Of a stretch of 64,000 bases of DNA, positions 26,448 through 41,500 are shown piece after piece. Location: NCBI GenBank assembly GCA_024704765.1, contig JAKMXF010000011.1:62001-126000 (forward strand). Reading direction: 5' to 3'. Both the position numbers and the translations under genes were made by a program. The notes under the pieces were generated by a model that saw nothing but the letters and a program-made list of their open reading frames with translations, searched no databases and was not told the DNA's origin. Numbering within the stretch: position 1 is the first letter of the stretch; every line of letters begins with the position of its first letter. This stretch comes from Oopsacas minuta. Taxonomy: Eukaryota > Animalia > Porifera.

Positions 26448-27777
26448 TTAGGGCGTTCAATAAGTATTGCGAGTGATATCATAGAATATGACACAAACAC
26501 TATACACACTAACTCACTATATTATTTATTCAAAGTAATCCCCTCCTGCGGATACACAAAGTTTTAACCTTTCCACCCACTTGTAAACACATTTCTGTAC
26601 TCTTCTTCGGGGATGGATTTAAAGTACTGGTACAGGCCCGTTCCGAGTGCCTGTAATGTGTTAAAATCTTTGCCTTGGAGGTAGATTTTAAGCTTGGGAA
26701 TAGCCAAAAATCACACGGAGCTAGGTCTGGTGAGTATAGTGGATGGGGAAGTTATTCTAGCCCTTCTACATCCAAGAAATTTTTGGAAAGCTTAGCTGTA
26801 TGGGGAACTGGCGTTATCAATTGAAATTTTCATTCCTCGAGTTCCGGTTTTCGGGCGGTACTATTCTATATTTTTATCAAATTTGGAAGCACTTGCTCTG
26901 TAAAGAAAGTAGCAGTAACAGCCTTGCCACTCTCACAAGGTAATTGCAAGATAATTCCATGACTACTGAAGAAGATGGTATGCATAATCTTAGGTTTTCT
27001 GAAGTCGGACCTAGGAATTTTCGCCGGTTGTTGGTCGCCCCTCACCCATGATCGCTTCTTATACTTGCTGTATGGTGTTTAATAGTACACCCACGTCTCG
27101 TCACCAGTAATAATCTCTGTTAGGCGTCTAGAATCGCAGTTCTCATAAGTTTCCAAGAGTTTCTTGGCAATTTTCAGTCGTACCAACCTTTGATTCTCAC
27201 TGAGCTTATGCAGGAGCCATTTCCCACAAATCGATCGGTAGCCAAGCTCAGTCGTCAGAATTGTATGAATAGTTCCCGATGAAATCTCTATACTTTGTTC
27301 TAACTGGTTAATAGTAATGCACTTGTCTTCCATGACCATACTTTCAATGAGTGCGATATTCTCTGAAGTAGTGGCGGATACCGGTCTTCCAGATCGAGGC
27401 AAATCTGTGACATCAGCATCACCAGATCTAAAATGGGCAGCCCATCGCTCTACAGTAGATCTGGAAAGGCAATCCACGCACAATATCTCCTGTAACTCGC
27501 TGAAGATCTGTACGAGCTGGATCTTGAGTATTGTGCGAAACTCTATGTAAGCTCGCCATTTGAGGTTGAAATTATCCTTTGAAGCCATAAATTCAACAGT
27601 GGGTATAATTTGACTACACGTAACTATCCCAAAAATTCATAAATTGTATTGAATAGACTTGAAACTTTCAATATATGGAGTTTAACTATATCGGCTTATA
27701 ATATATGAAAGTTAGATATATTACTTGACTAATTCCTAAGATATATCATGACCCGCAAGACTTATTGAACGCCCTGA
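26448..27777 (-). mobile_element. Full-length degenerate mariner (DD34D type), 1,330 bp
   Basis: TA|T(T/C)AGGGCGTTCAATAAGT TIRs with TA on both sides. The 169-aa ORF 27079-27588 (RSGRPVS, GKWLLHKL, IITGDETWVYY) is followed by broken frames ending SPDLAPCDFWLFPKLK. Confidence 0.94.
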
Positions 27778-29169
27778 TATCTGTAAATCAGAAATGAATC
27801 TCAGAATCAATTATGATGCTCAAAACTAGTGTGTAAACTCTGGATTGACTAGCTGTTAATCATAAATAATGGGATGAGAGCTAGTTGGTAGGATTATAAC
27901 TCTCTAATCTAACTCCCAAACTACAACTCGTATGTCTTCATCCACTATTGTCCCAGTCTGCTGAACTTCAAAGCCGGAAAATATTCGGCATGAACGATAA
28001 GAGGCCTCATATTGAAGCTCTCCTGATTCATTTAATTAATTTCAGTAGTGGGCAATCTACGCCGAGGGTTACATTTCTTCCGCCCTTGGATCAAACATTT
28101 ATTATAGAATTTAGTGAATATTGGAAGCTTACGTATATGTTCAGTGTTCATTTAGACAAGAAATATATACATTATTTCCGATTTGCAAACGGCATATACT
28201 TGAGAATACGGTCCAAGTGAGGAAGATAGCCGGCGTTCGGGCATTTCAATAGGATTTCAAATGGTACTTCATATTCCAACGGCAAACAATACCGGGTATA
28301 TATATAAAAGGAATTTGAACTATACAGTAGACCTCATAATGGGTACTCGACTTAAGATGTACACTTGATTAATACGTGTATTTATCCAAAACGGATCAAT
28401 CAATTATAATAATTGATAGGAAGAATTTTCGGCTAAGGCTTACTAATTTGAGTTTCCGAGGGGGTACGTCACATCCGAGTCATCTTTACAACAGTGAATT
28501 ACATCAAGAAGTCCATCGCCAGGAATTTCAAACAAATTATCAAGAAATGACGATGGAATTTCATAGGGCATTTCGCTATACAAAGAAGCTGAAGGAAAAG
28601 CAATATGACATTTTGCCAATTTGTATAATCTTCCTAGTCCCTTCAGATGGAACACTGGGAATTAAGAATCATAGCAGAGAATATTACACACAGTAATCAA
28701 ATTACCATGTCAAAGCTAATATACTTGTTACTGCGCAGACAACTACGTGACGGGCCAGTAGTGAAAAGTTGTCTTTATGATTCTTTATATTGTTTCTTAC
28801 AAGTAAATATTACCAAAACATTGGTTATCAAAAAATATATATTTTCTATCACAATATCTTCTTTTATTATTCAACTGTTCAGTGTTGTGAGAACCATATC
28901 TCGTTAAACCAAAGTTCTTCTGCGGTGGTGTATTACATGGGTTCATCAATTTCAAAGTTAAAATTACGTAAATTTTGTATACTTGTACTTCGTGCTCTAT
29001 AGATATTATTCTTACGAATATGCGTGCCTGACATAAATCTGCACTTTTCTATCTAAGTGGTGGGGGAAAGGTATGTTAGCCCGAAGAACGTAAAAGGAAG
29101 GAATAGAAAATCAATTAACCTAAAATTACTGAGAGCTTGTTAGCTACAATCAATCAATTGCAATAATTA

Positions 29170-30991
29170 CAAAGGCCTACAAAAATGTTATATTGCAGTT
29201 GTTTATATTTTGATCACTGAATTAGACTAATTTAGGTGCGCTGATTCTGAATATCTATTCAGTTATTTCTTATCACTTCAGGTCTTTTCACAACCATATA
29301 GCTACATTTTCAGAAAAATTTCCTACTTTTGCCAAAAATTCATCATGATTCCATATTACAACAATAACATATATACATAGTATATATATTCAAATAGTCT
29401 TATTTGCTAATTGGTTTTTAACTAGTCTGTTATCCTTTTTTGTTGATAGGTCGAAAAGAAAACGTTTCAATTCGTCAGACATTTTTGTTATAATCGTGGT
29501 TCTATACTCCGAAACCTCGGATGTAGAATATTACTGAATTTGTGAATAAAGCTTACCATGTGTATTTCAAAGTTAAGCTGGGCGACCAAGACAAATGTTG
29601 GGTACCTCATAAGGTCTGTAAATCTTGTGTAGAATTATTGAGGCCTTGGAGTAAGGGGAAAGAGAAACGCTTCCCTTTCGGGATTCCTATGATTTGGAGA
29701 GAAACAAAAAAATCATTTCGATGATTGTTATTTCTGCATGGCAAATGTTATGGGTTGCAAAAAGAGTAACAGACACTTGCTTAATTACCCAAATTTAGAA
29801 TCTGCTATTCGACCAGTCCCTCATTGTAGTGATCTACCTGTACCAATATTCACAGAGTTTCTCGTACTCTATAATGATGAAGATGGTGCCAATTCGGAAG
29901 AAGTCAATGATCATGACTGTGAATATGATGTTGATTTTCAAGGTCCTTCCTTGAGCCTTCTCTCTTTAACCAAGCGGAATTGAATGATTTAATTCGTGAC
30001 CGTGACCTCTCGAAAGAATCTTCTGAGTTACTTGCATCTAGATTGAAAGAAAAGAATCTACTCCATCAAGTAACAAAGGTAACATTAATCGTTACAGGGA
30101 GCAAGAGCTTCAACAGTATTTCTGCGAAAAGAATGGTTTGGTGTTTGTCCAAATGTTGAGGGTCTTCTACTAGCAATGGGAGTTCTGAACTACAATCCAA
30201 GTGACTGGAGGCTGTTCATTGACAGCTCCAAAAGGAGTCTGAAATGTGTACTACTCCATAATGGAAATATATTCGGTTCAATTCCTATTGGATATTCAGT
30301 TAAACTCAAAGAGGAGTACAATAATGTGAAAGAGATATTAGAGATTATTAACTACTCTGCACATGATTGGGTCATCTGTGTTGATCTCAAAATGGTCAAC
30401 TTTCTATCAGGACAACAATCTGGGTTCACTAAGTACCCCTGTGTTTCTTTGTTATTGGAACAGTAGGGATAGGAACCAGCATTGGATAATGGAAAAGTGG
30501 CCTCCGAGAGAATGTTTGAAAGTTGGGGACAAAAATGTAATTAATAACCCTCTGGTACATACAAATAAAATAATCCTACCTCCTCTCCACATTAAGCTTG
30601 GTTCAATGAAGCAATTCACCAAAGCACTGGATGAAGACAGATATTGTTTCTAGTACATCCGAAATTATTTTCCAGACATCAGTGAAGAGAAGAAAAAGGC
30701 AGGGATATTTGAAGGTCCATAGATTCGCAAGTTACTTAGAGACAACAGCTTCAAAGATTCAATGAACAAGGAAGAGAAGAGAGCGTGGCAGGCTTTCTCT
30801 AATGTCGTTTCTAATTTCCTTGGTAATAAAAAGGCATCCAATTACAAAGAACTAGTCACAGAGTTAGTCGACAGCTATCATGCTCTTGGCTGTAATATGA
30901 GTATGAAAATTCATTATTTGAGAGACCATCTTGATAGATTTCCGGATAATCTAGGTGATATCAGTGAAGAACAAGGTGAACGATTCCATAC
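29170..30991 (+). mobile_element. 3'-truncated Chapaev3-like element
   Basis: The left end TTA|CAAAGGCCTACAAAAATG resembles the other copies. Broken ORFs carry KLGDQDKCWVPHKVCKSC, RLFIDSSKRSLKCVLLHNG, PPLHIKLG and SEEQGERFH, after which similarity stops abruptly. Confidence 0.85.
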
Positions 30992-30999
30992 CTAAGTTT

Positions 31000-32117
31000 C
31001 TAAAAGATAATCATCACAAGCCTCGAAGTACGAGCTGATTAGTTAAAACGTGTCTACAGACTAATATTTGATCTTAAAGCCATTACTCTGGATCACTAAC
31101 TTCTGACGTTTTGGTATAGATTGCCTATAAGGTTCAAACTCGGGTTGTATAGAATCCCAAATAGAGAGAAGGGTTTCTTCAAGTCCACTAATATTACGAG
31201 GAGGGTTCAAATCGATCTGATGTTTGATTCAAGCCCACAAATTTTCGATCGGGTTAGATCTGGGCTACAAGCAGGCCATTCCATACGAAATATATTATGG
31301 CATTCACGGAAAGTCTGAGCAACGTTAGACGTGTGCTTTTGATCGTTGCCTTCCTGAAAGACCCAACTGTCAGGGTACAATAGCTGAGCTTGTGTATCAG
31401 ACACACGTTTAGGATGTTCGTATATAATTCTCCGATGAGGTTCTCCCAAAAAACATTCAACGGAGAGGTCACAAGAGCAGAATTGCTCACCAAACATGTG
31501 ATTTCGATTACATTTGTTGCTTTGCTTGACCGGTAGTTGGCCTCCTTTGCACCACAGCCTTAATCTGCCATCTGCTAGCCAAATTGACATCTCATCGCTA
31601 AAAACAACTCGCTCCAAATCAGTTTGTTTGTTATGCTTAGCCCACAATACTCTTTGTTGTTTGTGTTAATCCGTTAGCATAGGAATACTCCCTGCAACTT
31701 TGTGAGTGTACTCTCTCCTCTGTAATTCCTTCCCAACCGTCTCATGGGATAAACTTTTCTGGTGAAGATGATTGAATCGGCTAGCCAATTTTCGTATGGA
31801 CATCTTGCGATTCTGATTTGCCAAGATTACATGAGATCTGGCATCGTTCACATGTCACCGCCCAGAAAAATTATAGCTAATATGCGAAAACAGTGCTCCT
31901 GGGATAGCTGTACGCTGATGTATTTCGCTACCACTTGTAACCCCCGCATCGGAAAATTTGCCGATGAGGTCTCCTCGTTTTAACTCCATTATATTGATTA
32001 CGAATTCGACACAAAAGACAAATATAAGGCAAAATCTGATATTGTAACGGTCTATGAGAATATAGCAGAAATTGTTGGGAATATGTATTGTAAGTGACAG
32101 AATGATAGTTGTTCGTG
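31000..32117 (-). mobile_element. Tc1 (DD34E-type) fragment
   Basis: MSIRKLASRF, VVFSDEMSI, WVFQEGNDQKHTS and MEWPACSPDL motifs. A possible terminus TA|CACGAACAAC lies at 32117; the other end was not found. Boundaries are approximate. Confidence 0.8.
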
Positions 32118-32508
32118 TATTCTAGAATCAATCAATTAATGGTAACATGATATACATGTATAAATGAATCAGAAAACAAATGCGTTTCATATCTAACAAT
32201 AGCAAAAGAAATAATCCTGAAAATATATACATTAAAACGAAAGTCTCAATTTCATCTTGACAGACCGTAAATAGATCCCATTAGATGTATTCTGAAAGCA
32301 AAAATATAATCATTACTCATTACAGAGTTAGAACATCTGAGCATTTATAAGACATTATTCAGGCAGGCAGCAGAGGAATCTTAAGATGGAAATATTTTGT
32401 AGGTATAAAATGTGTGTATTCTCAAATACCAATAGCAAATAAATTATTCTCAATGTCTACAATAGAATTATACAACTACAAATATATTCCTCCTATGTGA
32501 ATATTGAG

Positions 32509-35500
32509 TAGGGGGAACGGAAAATGCAAAGATCACATTTGTATACTGGAACTATAATATTATTAGTTGTATTGTGTTTGTAATAATTCTGCAAATTTTG
32601 AGCTCATATAAATACCCCTTCCTTAGCAGTTTTTCATTTTGTATCTGTCTTAATAGTTCATATTCATACTCATAAGGAAATTGACTCAAATATGATACAG
32701 GAATCCCAAAGATATTTATGAGACTTGATAAACACTTTGTAGTGAACTATAATTGTTGTGATTCATTACAAAATTTACTACTTTTCAGATTGATACTGCT
32801 TTATACTTATTATAGCTTTATTATTGCTCTAATTTAGTTCTATATCTTCATAATTTATATGGCATATGCACCAAATAGGACGCGTCAACATAGACACATC
32901 CAATTTTATCCCCAGCGGTATTGCCTGTTAATCAGCTTCTAACAGGGAGAGATATATGTAAATATATATTTTAAGTGTAAACAAGATTAAGAAGATCATG
33001 GATTAATCCCCAACGGGAGATTGCTTCTATTCCATATATCATAGAGAAAGTTAGTGGGGTCGCAGATCAGTTAGGTGGATGGGATTGGAAGGGCGAGGAA
33101 AATATTGCCCGATGGGTATTGGAAACCTGCATCTCTGCCCATTATATCTAAAAAGGGTGTCGTTAAAGCTATGAAGGCTCTCTAGTCTAAAGCAACTAAC
33201 ATTATTCGTTGTACTCCTGAGGAACGAAGAAAACTCATGAGAATTACGAAGAATTTGTATCTGACCGTTTAGATTTCCTTTTTGATATTTGCCCATGCAA
33301 ATGTAAACATATCAATTGCGATGATGTTAAGTGTTATAACTTACTTTGTGTTGAGATTCATCTCCTTTGTGGTTGTGCTCACAAAGTGCCTAGACGAGAG
33401 TTATCATTTCTCTTTAACCAGAGAACCGACAGAAAGATGTACATAGGCGGTATTGATATCCACACCTCAACGATATTGTCGAAAATAGAGCAAAGAAAAA
33501 TTTCCCTCAAAGAAAGAATTGAATTGAAAATAAAGAAAGAGAAAGTTGAAGCCGAGTCGTACAACTATTTCCAAATTGAGGATATAGAAGAAACGGATAC
33601 TCAGAACGATGTTGAACATGTTAATACGAATTCTAAACCTTTGTCAAAATCATTATCACTTCGAAATACACAGACAATCCCAAATATAGCTATGGCTGCC
33701 TATCGATGTGGAGTTTCTAATCGAGCTACAGCTGCGATTGCTACAGGCACTCTAATAGATTTCGGACTTATAACACCAGAAGATCAAAGTCTTAGGACAG
33801 ACAAGAATAAGGTGGCAAGAGCACGCCAAAAGTATGGAAATCAAATACAACACAAAGAAATGGTAGAAGTAATTGATGTTACAGGTATCTATTTTGATGG
33901 AAGGGACGATAAAGCACTTTCAAGTATAACCATCAATGGTAAATGTCGTACTCAAACTTCAGTTGAGGAACATATTGTTGTGATTGATCAAAAGAGTAGG
34001 TATCTTTTCCATACAACTCCTGAATCTGGTCACAGAATCAATATCGCTTCATCAATATATGCCCATCTCCAAAAAAATGGATTGAGAAAGAGAAATTCTA
34101 TTAGTAGGTTGTGATGGTACGAATGTAAATGTAGGTTGGAAGAATGGGTCTATTGTTAACTTGGAAAGAATGCTTGATAGAGAATTACAATGGGCGGTTT
34201 GTCTGCTCCATACTAATGAACTGCCCCTGAGACACTTGTTTAAATATTTTGACGGGAAAACTAGCGGGTCGAATTCATTTAGTGGCCCAATCAGCAAATC
34301 ACTGAAAACAAACTCTCTAAGATTCCTGTAGTAAAGTTTGAGCCAATAATTTATAATGAGTTCCCTGAGATGACAAAAGAGCTGATAGACGATCTTAGCA
34401 CTGATCAGGGTTATCTCTATAGGATTTGCCAAGCATGTTTACGGGATAATTTTCCAGAGGATCTAGAGCTACTCGAACCAGGTCCAATTTGCCATTCCAG
34501 ATGGCTTACCCTAGCATGTAGAATTGTCCGCGTGTATATGTTAACAATAAAACCATTTACGAGTTGAAACGACTTATGATTATTGTGAATAATTTATATG
34601 CACCATCCTGGTTTTATATTAAAAATCATTATAAATTTACAGACAGACCAAACAATTTATTGTGGATGCTTAAGCACCTCACATACTTGAGTCCCACTGA
34701 ACTAGAGGTAGCGAAGAAAGTATTTCAAAGAAATGCTTTCTTTTCACATCTAGAAAATGTTTTGCTATCTATCTTATGCGATGATGAACCTAGGATACGA
34801 ATTGAAGCTGTGAAACGTTTATTGGATTTGCGAGATAATCAACTTAGTTTGGCAGTTGGTGGTAAGGATGATTTGCCAAGGGTTGATATTTGTGGAAAAC
34901 TTATTAGCACTAATGAAACAGTAATGCCAAAAAATATTAGATCTTTCAAGTCCTAAAATTAAACTTTAAAGCACAACTATATACCGAATTGTTTACCTGG
35001 GATATTAATGTCATCAGCGAGCCACCTTTAATACGCAATATGACAGAAAACGAATTAAAAACATTCACGCTACCCCCTTTCCATGCCTAATTATATGTGT
35101 CACAACCAACCAGTTTGACGAGCAGTAAAAGTTGTGACCGAGGCACCTAAGAGTGTTTGTGGTGAAGATAACCGTGATGGATTCATCCGTCAGAGACTAA
35201 AATCAAGAAGACTTATGCCCTAACTGATTCGAAACAAGATTTTTGTTTTCATTTCTCTTAAGTCCGAAAGCCAATTCTTAAATATAGTTTGATTGTATTT
35301 GAAGTTGTATTTTTTAATGAATTATACAACGAATGATTTGAACAATTTCTAACTACAGTAGAACCTTTTGAAGCGAGGAAATTGGGCGCCCCAAAATTTC
35401 ATCTTCCGCATCTCCGCTTTGTGATGATGACTTAATTTCCATGAAAATTAATGTAGTTGAAACCTATTTTACGTCCCGAATCGGAAGGATCCAAACATTC

Positions 35501-36036
35501 TTTGAAAATTTCAGCTCATTTGTATTAGTTCTTGCTTACCAGTTTTATTTGCTTGGAGTTGGACAATAAGCAAAAATACATCCCCATCCATAATTTAACA
35601 TTATATAACTTTTTTAAATGAAGTGAATTTCATTTTGGGATTATAATATATTGGTTGTTCTGATATGCACAAACATTCTTGTAAAATTTCAGCTTATTTG
35701 TAGGTTCTTGCTTACCAGTTATTTGCTTTGAACAGTATATGTGATTAATGCAATCCTTTCCAAACTATACATATTTTGTAATTTAGCTTATTTTGATTTC
35801 GTGGTGAATTCAAATTAACAAAATTGATATAATGAATTCCTGTATCATATTTGAGTCAACTCCCTTATGAGCATGAGTAAGCACTATTAAGACAGGTACA
35901 ATATGAATAAACTGCTAAGGAAGGGGTATTTCAAATGAGCTCAAATTTTTGCAGAATTATTAACTAACATAATCCAAACAATAATACTATAGTTCCAGTA
36001 TAGAATTGAGATCTTTACATTTTCCAGTTCGCCCTA
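32509..36036 (+). mobile_element. hAT-superfamily (hATm-like) transposon, copy 1, 3,528 bp, transposase pseudogene ~32859-35250
   Basis: TAGGG...CCCTA termini, ~200-bp imperfect TIRs, and a perfect 8-bp TSD ATATTGAG (32501-32508, 36037-36044). Broken transposase with GVSNRATAAIA, IYFDGRDDK, GCDGTNVNVG, QWAVCLLHTNELPLRHLF, HSRWLTLACR and NAFFSHLENVLLS. Confidence 0.9.
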
Positions 36037-36869
36037 ATATTGAGGCATTTAATCAATCTTTGGTCCAAAATTGTAATACCAACCATTGCTTGAATCTATA
36101 TAATGCTATAATTTAAGCAATATCAATCAAATTGAGGGACTGTTGAGGTAGAACTTGTAAAATCGTATTTAAAGACAATTTACATTGTCGATTTGTGCAT
36201 ACCAAAACATTTTGAATGTTGTCTAAATTATCTTAACCATACCAATATTTATGTGTAATGGCGGTAGCACTGATGCATCGGTCGTAACATGGCCCCAGTT
36301 GCCCAACTATGAATTTTGGTAATCGAAATTAACCAAAGGCTATAATAGAAGTGGGGACAATTGCGTAAATAAATTTCTTTTCATTGAAAGGTAACTATCT
36401 ACGCTTATTATAAATTTACATAATAATTTGATCATATCATAGAATATTCTAGAACAATAATTATGTGCTCCATACAATACATTATCTTCCAATCAATTTA
36501 ACTTGTTCACAGAATATAATATGACTGTTTGAAGTGTACCAATCAATTCATTGCCCTCTTGCACATGCCCCTATTTTCAGTAGAAAAATAGAAAAATCGT
36601 AAATTAATTACATCATGGGGTTACTGCTGAACCTATTGTGTATTATAAGGTATTTGCAATATTTCATCTCTCTGACTGATAGAAATGATAGTTATAGAGC
36701 TCTAGCGAGGGATAATTGGTGGTTGAGGCGGAGGTACCAAATCTGTACAAGGCCTATCACTATACAGGGGATCCAATATCTATTGACCTGCCAATTGGCC
36801 CGTATTATCCACGCCTTATTTATAATCCGTGGGGTCCAGGGACCTAAGACTGGACCTAGGAGACCCTAT

Positions 36870-38579
36870 ATTTCTATTTGTAAGAACAGGAAGAGAAAGA
36901 TATATCGAGGCAAGATAGAAATCGATCGGCATTAAGGAAAACAGAACTGATACTAAATGGTGGGCAGAGTTTGACTAGTGACAACGAATAATATGATTGA
37001 GAAAATGAAAGATCCTGAAAAAAGTGCTGAGCATAATGAAATTCAGCGCAAAGGAAAAGCTGAGAGTATGAAGGATCTTGATAAGCGTGTTGATCATTAA
37101 AATGCAAGCTAACGAATCTTATCGAGTAGCAAACAATTCAATCGCAATTAATTCCTCAACTGACTTATCCAAAACAATATCTGTACGAAAGATACGACCT
37201 CAAGTTGTAATAGCAGCAACTTGTAATCTTTCTACCACTGAAATCTTTAAACAACATAAAATTGAGTTTCAGAGGAGTGGAGTAATTTGGTAGATACCAC
37301 GGATAATATTGATATTATCGTAAAACATAACAATATTCCTAGCATTGATCATTCGGTGTAGAGTAAAAAAAATAGAAAACTGTGCTGATTCTGTTGTGAT
37401 AACGACAATATTCCTGAAGACTTTGGATAGTAATGTCTTTAAGGAAATAGACCAATGGGATGAGACAAAGGATGAACTTCGCATTAACTCTGGTTGTTGG
37501 AAAGTCTTTTGATGTTTAATGAAAACATTAAATGAGGTGTAGGAATTTATGGATCGAAAATACCCCTAATAAGATCATTTTACAACGATGCAAGCCTAAG
37601 ATGATTGTGTATATATAGTAGAATACATTAGTAAAGAACAACCTGGCATGTCTGAGTTACTGATAGAGGCAATATTGTATCAAAAAGCAGATGACAATAA
37701 TCAAGGAGAGACTTAGGAGATGAGCGAATAAGTTTCAGAACTCCAGTAAAGTTTCAGCCCAGGAGGTCTCATATCATATCCCAAGTCTTCCTCTCTCCAA
37801 ATGTAGCTGGGTTAATGTTTAATTAACTCTAATCCGGCTCAAAAACATGGTAGAATTTAAATCAAGGCAAGTGTTACAAAGGATGGCTGATGACTCAAGT
37901 GATGTTCTTAAGTCACATTTACTGGAACACCTCATGCAGCGAACTGATGAATTAGAGGACATTCCTTGAGCAAAATCTGCCCAATGTATGATTTCCAATC
38001 GGGTGAAAGAATGACTAAATATAATCCTAAATTAATCAGGAAAACTCTGATGATAAGCCAAATCCTCTTATTGACAACCGCCTTCTTGTTTAAACTGAAG
38101 GATTCTAGGTATATGATACTCCGCCGTAGAGCGAATGTGATCGCTTTCGTAAGTATAATGTAATGCAAAAAGTTACCCTTTATAGAGAACAGTTAAAGTC
38201 ATACTTTGCTTAGAGGGTTGATTACATTGATTTCAAATCTATTCATGAGACTAAAATTGATGTTATTAGACAAAATAGGTCTTGTTTTGAAAGCAAGAAG
38301 CAGACTTCTATAAACGAGGCTATGGATCTCTTAAAAGACGTACAACCTGATCAGATAAACTCTGATGGAATTGCTGTAGAGGAGAAAGTGCACAATGAAG
38401 GTGTAACTGTAGCTGAGGATATAGACGAATGGATGGAAAATCAAAGAAAGCAATCTTGAAATATGGATCCGCCTATAATTCTCGTTCAGGAGGACCTTCA
38501 ACATCCTTAATAGAATGCGCACTGGTGAGTTTGGTGTAATGTGTCGCCAATGGAAATCGATTCAACATAAATTCTACAT
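36870..38579 (+). pseudogene. Helitron RepHel remnant, 5' part (N-terminal and Rep-distal regions)
   Basis: Frameshifted motifs: RKIRPQVVIAATCNL (~37190), YIVEYISKEQPGMSELL (37612-37662), KFQNSSKVSAQEVSYHIPSLPLSKCS, QRTDELEDI and LYREQLKSYFA*R. These follow the order seen in Helitron RepHel proteins. The left boundary is approximate. Confidence 0.75.
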
Positions 38580-41500
38580 TAGGGCGAACTGGAAAATGTA
38601 AAGATCTCAATTCTATACTGGAACTATAGTATTATTGTTTGGATTATGTTAGTTAATAATTCTGCAAAAATTTGAGCTCATTTGAAATACCCCTTCCTTA
38701 GCAGTTTATTCATATTGTACCTGTCTTAATAGTGCTTACTCATGCTCATAAGGGAGTTGACTCAAATATGATACAGGAATTCATTATATCAATTTTGTTA
38801 ATTTGAATTCACCACGAAATCAAAATAAGCTAAATTACAAAATATGTATAGTTTGGAAAGGATTGCATTAATCACATATACTGTTCAAAGCAAATAACTG
38901 GTAAGCAAGAACCTACAAATAAGCTGAAATTTTACAAGAATGTTTGTGCATATCAGAACAACCAATATATTATAATCCCAAAATGAAATTCACTTCATTT
39001 AAAAAAGTTATATAATGTTAAATTATGGATGGGGATGTATTTTTGCTTATTGTCCAACTCCAAGCAAATAAAACTGGTAAGCAAGAACTAATACAAATGA
39101 GCTGAAATTTTCAAAGAATGTTTGGATCCTTCCGATTCGGGACGTAAAATAGGTTTCAACTACATTAATTTTCATGGAAATTAAGTCATCATCACAAAGC
39201 GGAGATGCGGAAGATGAAATTTTGGGGCGCCCAATTTCCTCGCTTCAAAAGGTTCTACTGTAGTTAGAAATTGTTCAAATCATTCGTTGTATAATTCATT
39301 AAAAAATACAACTTCAAATACAATCAAACTATATTTAAGAATTGGCTTTCGGACTTAAGAGAAATGAAAACAAAAATCTTGTTTCGAATCAGTTAGGGCA
39401 TAAGTCTTCTTGATTTTAGTCTCTGACGGATGAATCCATCACGGTTATCTTCACCACAAACACTCTTAGGTGCCTCGGTCACAACTTTTACTGCTCGTCA
39501 AACTGGTTGGTTGTGACACATATAATTAGGCATGGAAAGGGGGTAGCGTGAATGTTTTTAATTCGTTTTCTGTCATATTGCGTATTAAAGGTGGCTCGCT
39601 GATGACATTAATATCCCAGGTAAACAATTCGGTATATAGTTGTGCTTTAAAGTTTAATTTTAGGACTTGAAAGATCTAATATTTTTTGGCATTACTGTTT
39701 CATTAGTGCTAATAAGTTTTCCACAAATATCAACCCTTGGCAAATCATCCTTACCACCAACTGCCAAACTAAGTTGATTATCTCGCAAATCCAATAAACG
39801 TTTCACAGCTTCAATTCGTATCCTAGGTTCATCATCGCATAAGATAGATAGCAAAACATTTTCTAGATGTGAAAAGAAAGCATTTCTTTGAAATACTTTC
39901 TTCGCTACCTCTAGTTCAGTGGGACTCAAGTATGTGAGGTGCTTAAGCATCCACAATAAATTGTTTGGTCTGTCTGTAAATTTATAATGATTTTTAATAT
40001 AAAACCAGGATGGTGCATATAAATTATTCACAATAATCATAAGTCGTTTCAACTCGTAAATGGTTTTATTGTTAACATATACACGCGGACAATTCTACAT
40101 GCTAGGGTAAGCCATCTGGAATGGCAAATTGGACCTGGTTCGAGTAGCTCTAGATCCTCTGGAAAATTATCCCGTAAACATGCTTGGCAAATCCTATAGA
40201 GATAACCCTGATCAGTGCTAAGATCGTCTATCAGCTCTTTTGTCATCTCAGGGAACTCATTATAAATTATTGGCTCAAACTTTACTACAGGAATCTTAGA
40301 GAGTTTGTTTTCAGTGATTTGCTGATTGGGCCACTAAATGAATTCGACCCGCTAGTTTTCCCGTCAAAATATTTAAACAAGTGTCTCAGGGGCAGTTCAT
40401 TAGTATGGAGCAGACAAACCGCCCATTGTAATTCTCTATCAAGCATTCTTTCCAAGTTAACAATAGACCCATTCTTCCAACCTACATTTACATTCGTACC
40501 ATCACAACCTACTAATAGAATTTCTCTTTCTCAATCCATTTTTTTGGAGATGGGCATATATTGATGAAGCGATATTGATTCTGTGACCAGATTCAGGAGT
40601 TGTATGGAAAAGATACCTACTCTTTTGATCAATCACAACAATATGTTCCTCAACTGAAGTTTGAGTACGACATTTACCATTGATGGTTATACTTGAAAGT
40701 GCTTTATCGTCCCTTCCATCAAAATAGATACCTGTAACATCAATTACTTCTACCATTTCTTTGTGTTGTATTTGATTTCCATACTTTTGGCGTGCTCTTG
40801 CCACCTTATTCTTGTCTGTCCTAAGACTTTGATCTTCTGGTGTTATAAGTCCGAAATCTATTAGAGTGCCTGTAGCAATCGCAGCTGTAGCTCGATTAGA
40901 AACTCCACATCGATAGGCAGCCATAGCTATATTTGGGATTGTCTGTGTATTTCGAAGTGATAATGATTTTGACAAAGGTTTAGAATTCGTATTAACATGT
41001 TCAACATCGTTCTGAGTATCCGTTTCTTCTATATCCTCAATTTGGAAATAGTTGTACGACTCGGCTTCAACTTTCTCTTTCTTTATTTTCAATTCAATTC
41101 TTTCTTTGAGGGAAATTTTTCTTTGCTCTATTTTCGACAATATCGTTGAGGTGTGGATATCAATACCGCCTATGTACATCTTTCTGTCGGTTCTCTGGTT
41201 AAAGAGAAATGATAACTCTCGTCTAGGCACTTTGTGAGCACAACCACAAAGGAGATGAATCTCAACACAAAGTAAGTTATAACACTTAACATCATCGCAA
41301 TTGATATGTTTACATTTGCATGGGCAAATATCAAAAAGGAAATCTAAACGGTCAGATACAAATTCTTCGTAATTCTCATGAGTTTTCTTCGTTCCTCAGG
41401 AGTACAACGAATAATGTTAGTTGCTTTAGACTAGAGAGCCTTCATAGCTTTAACGACACCCTTTTTAGATATAATGGGCAGAGATGCAGGTTTCCAATAC

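Noticed and set aside
37261-37300. IEFQRSGVIW as Helitron Rep HUH motif 2
   Set aside because: It lacks the PHxH core and follows directly from an N-terminal-type motif. It may be coincidental or a deletion junction, so I did not use it as primary evidence.
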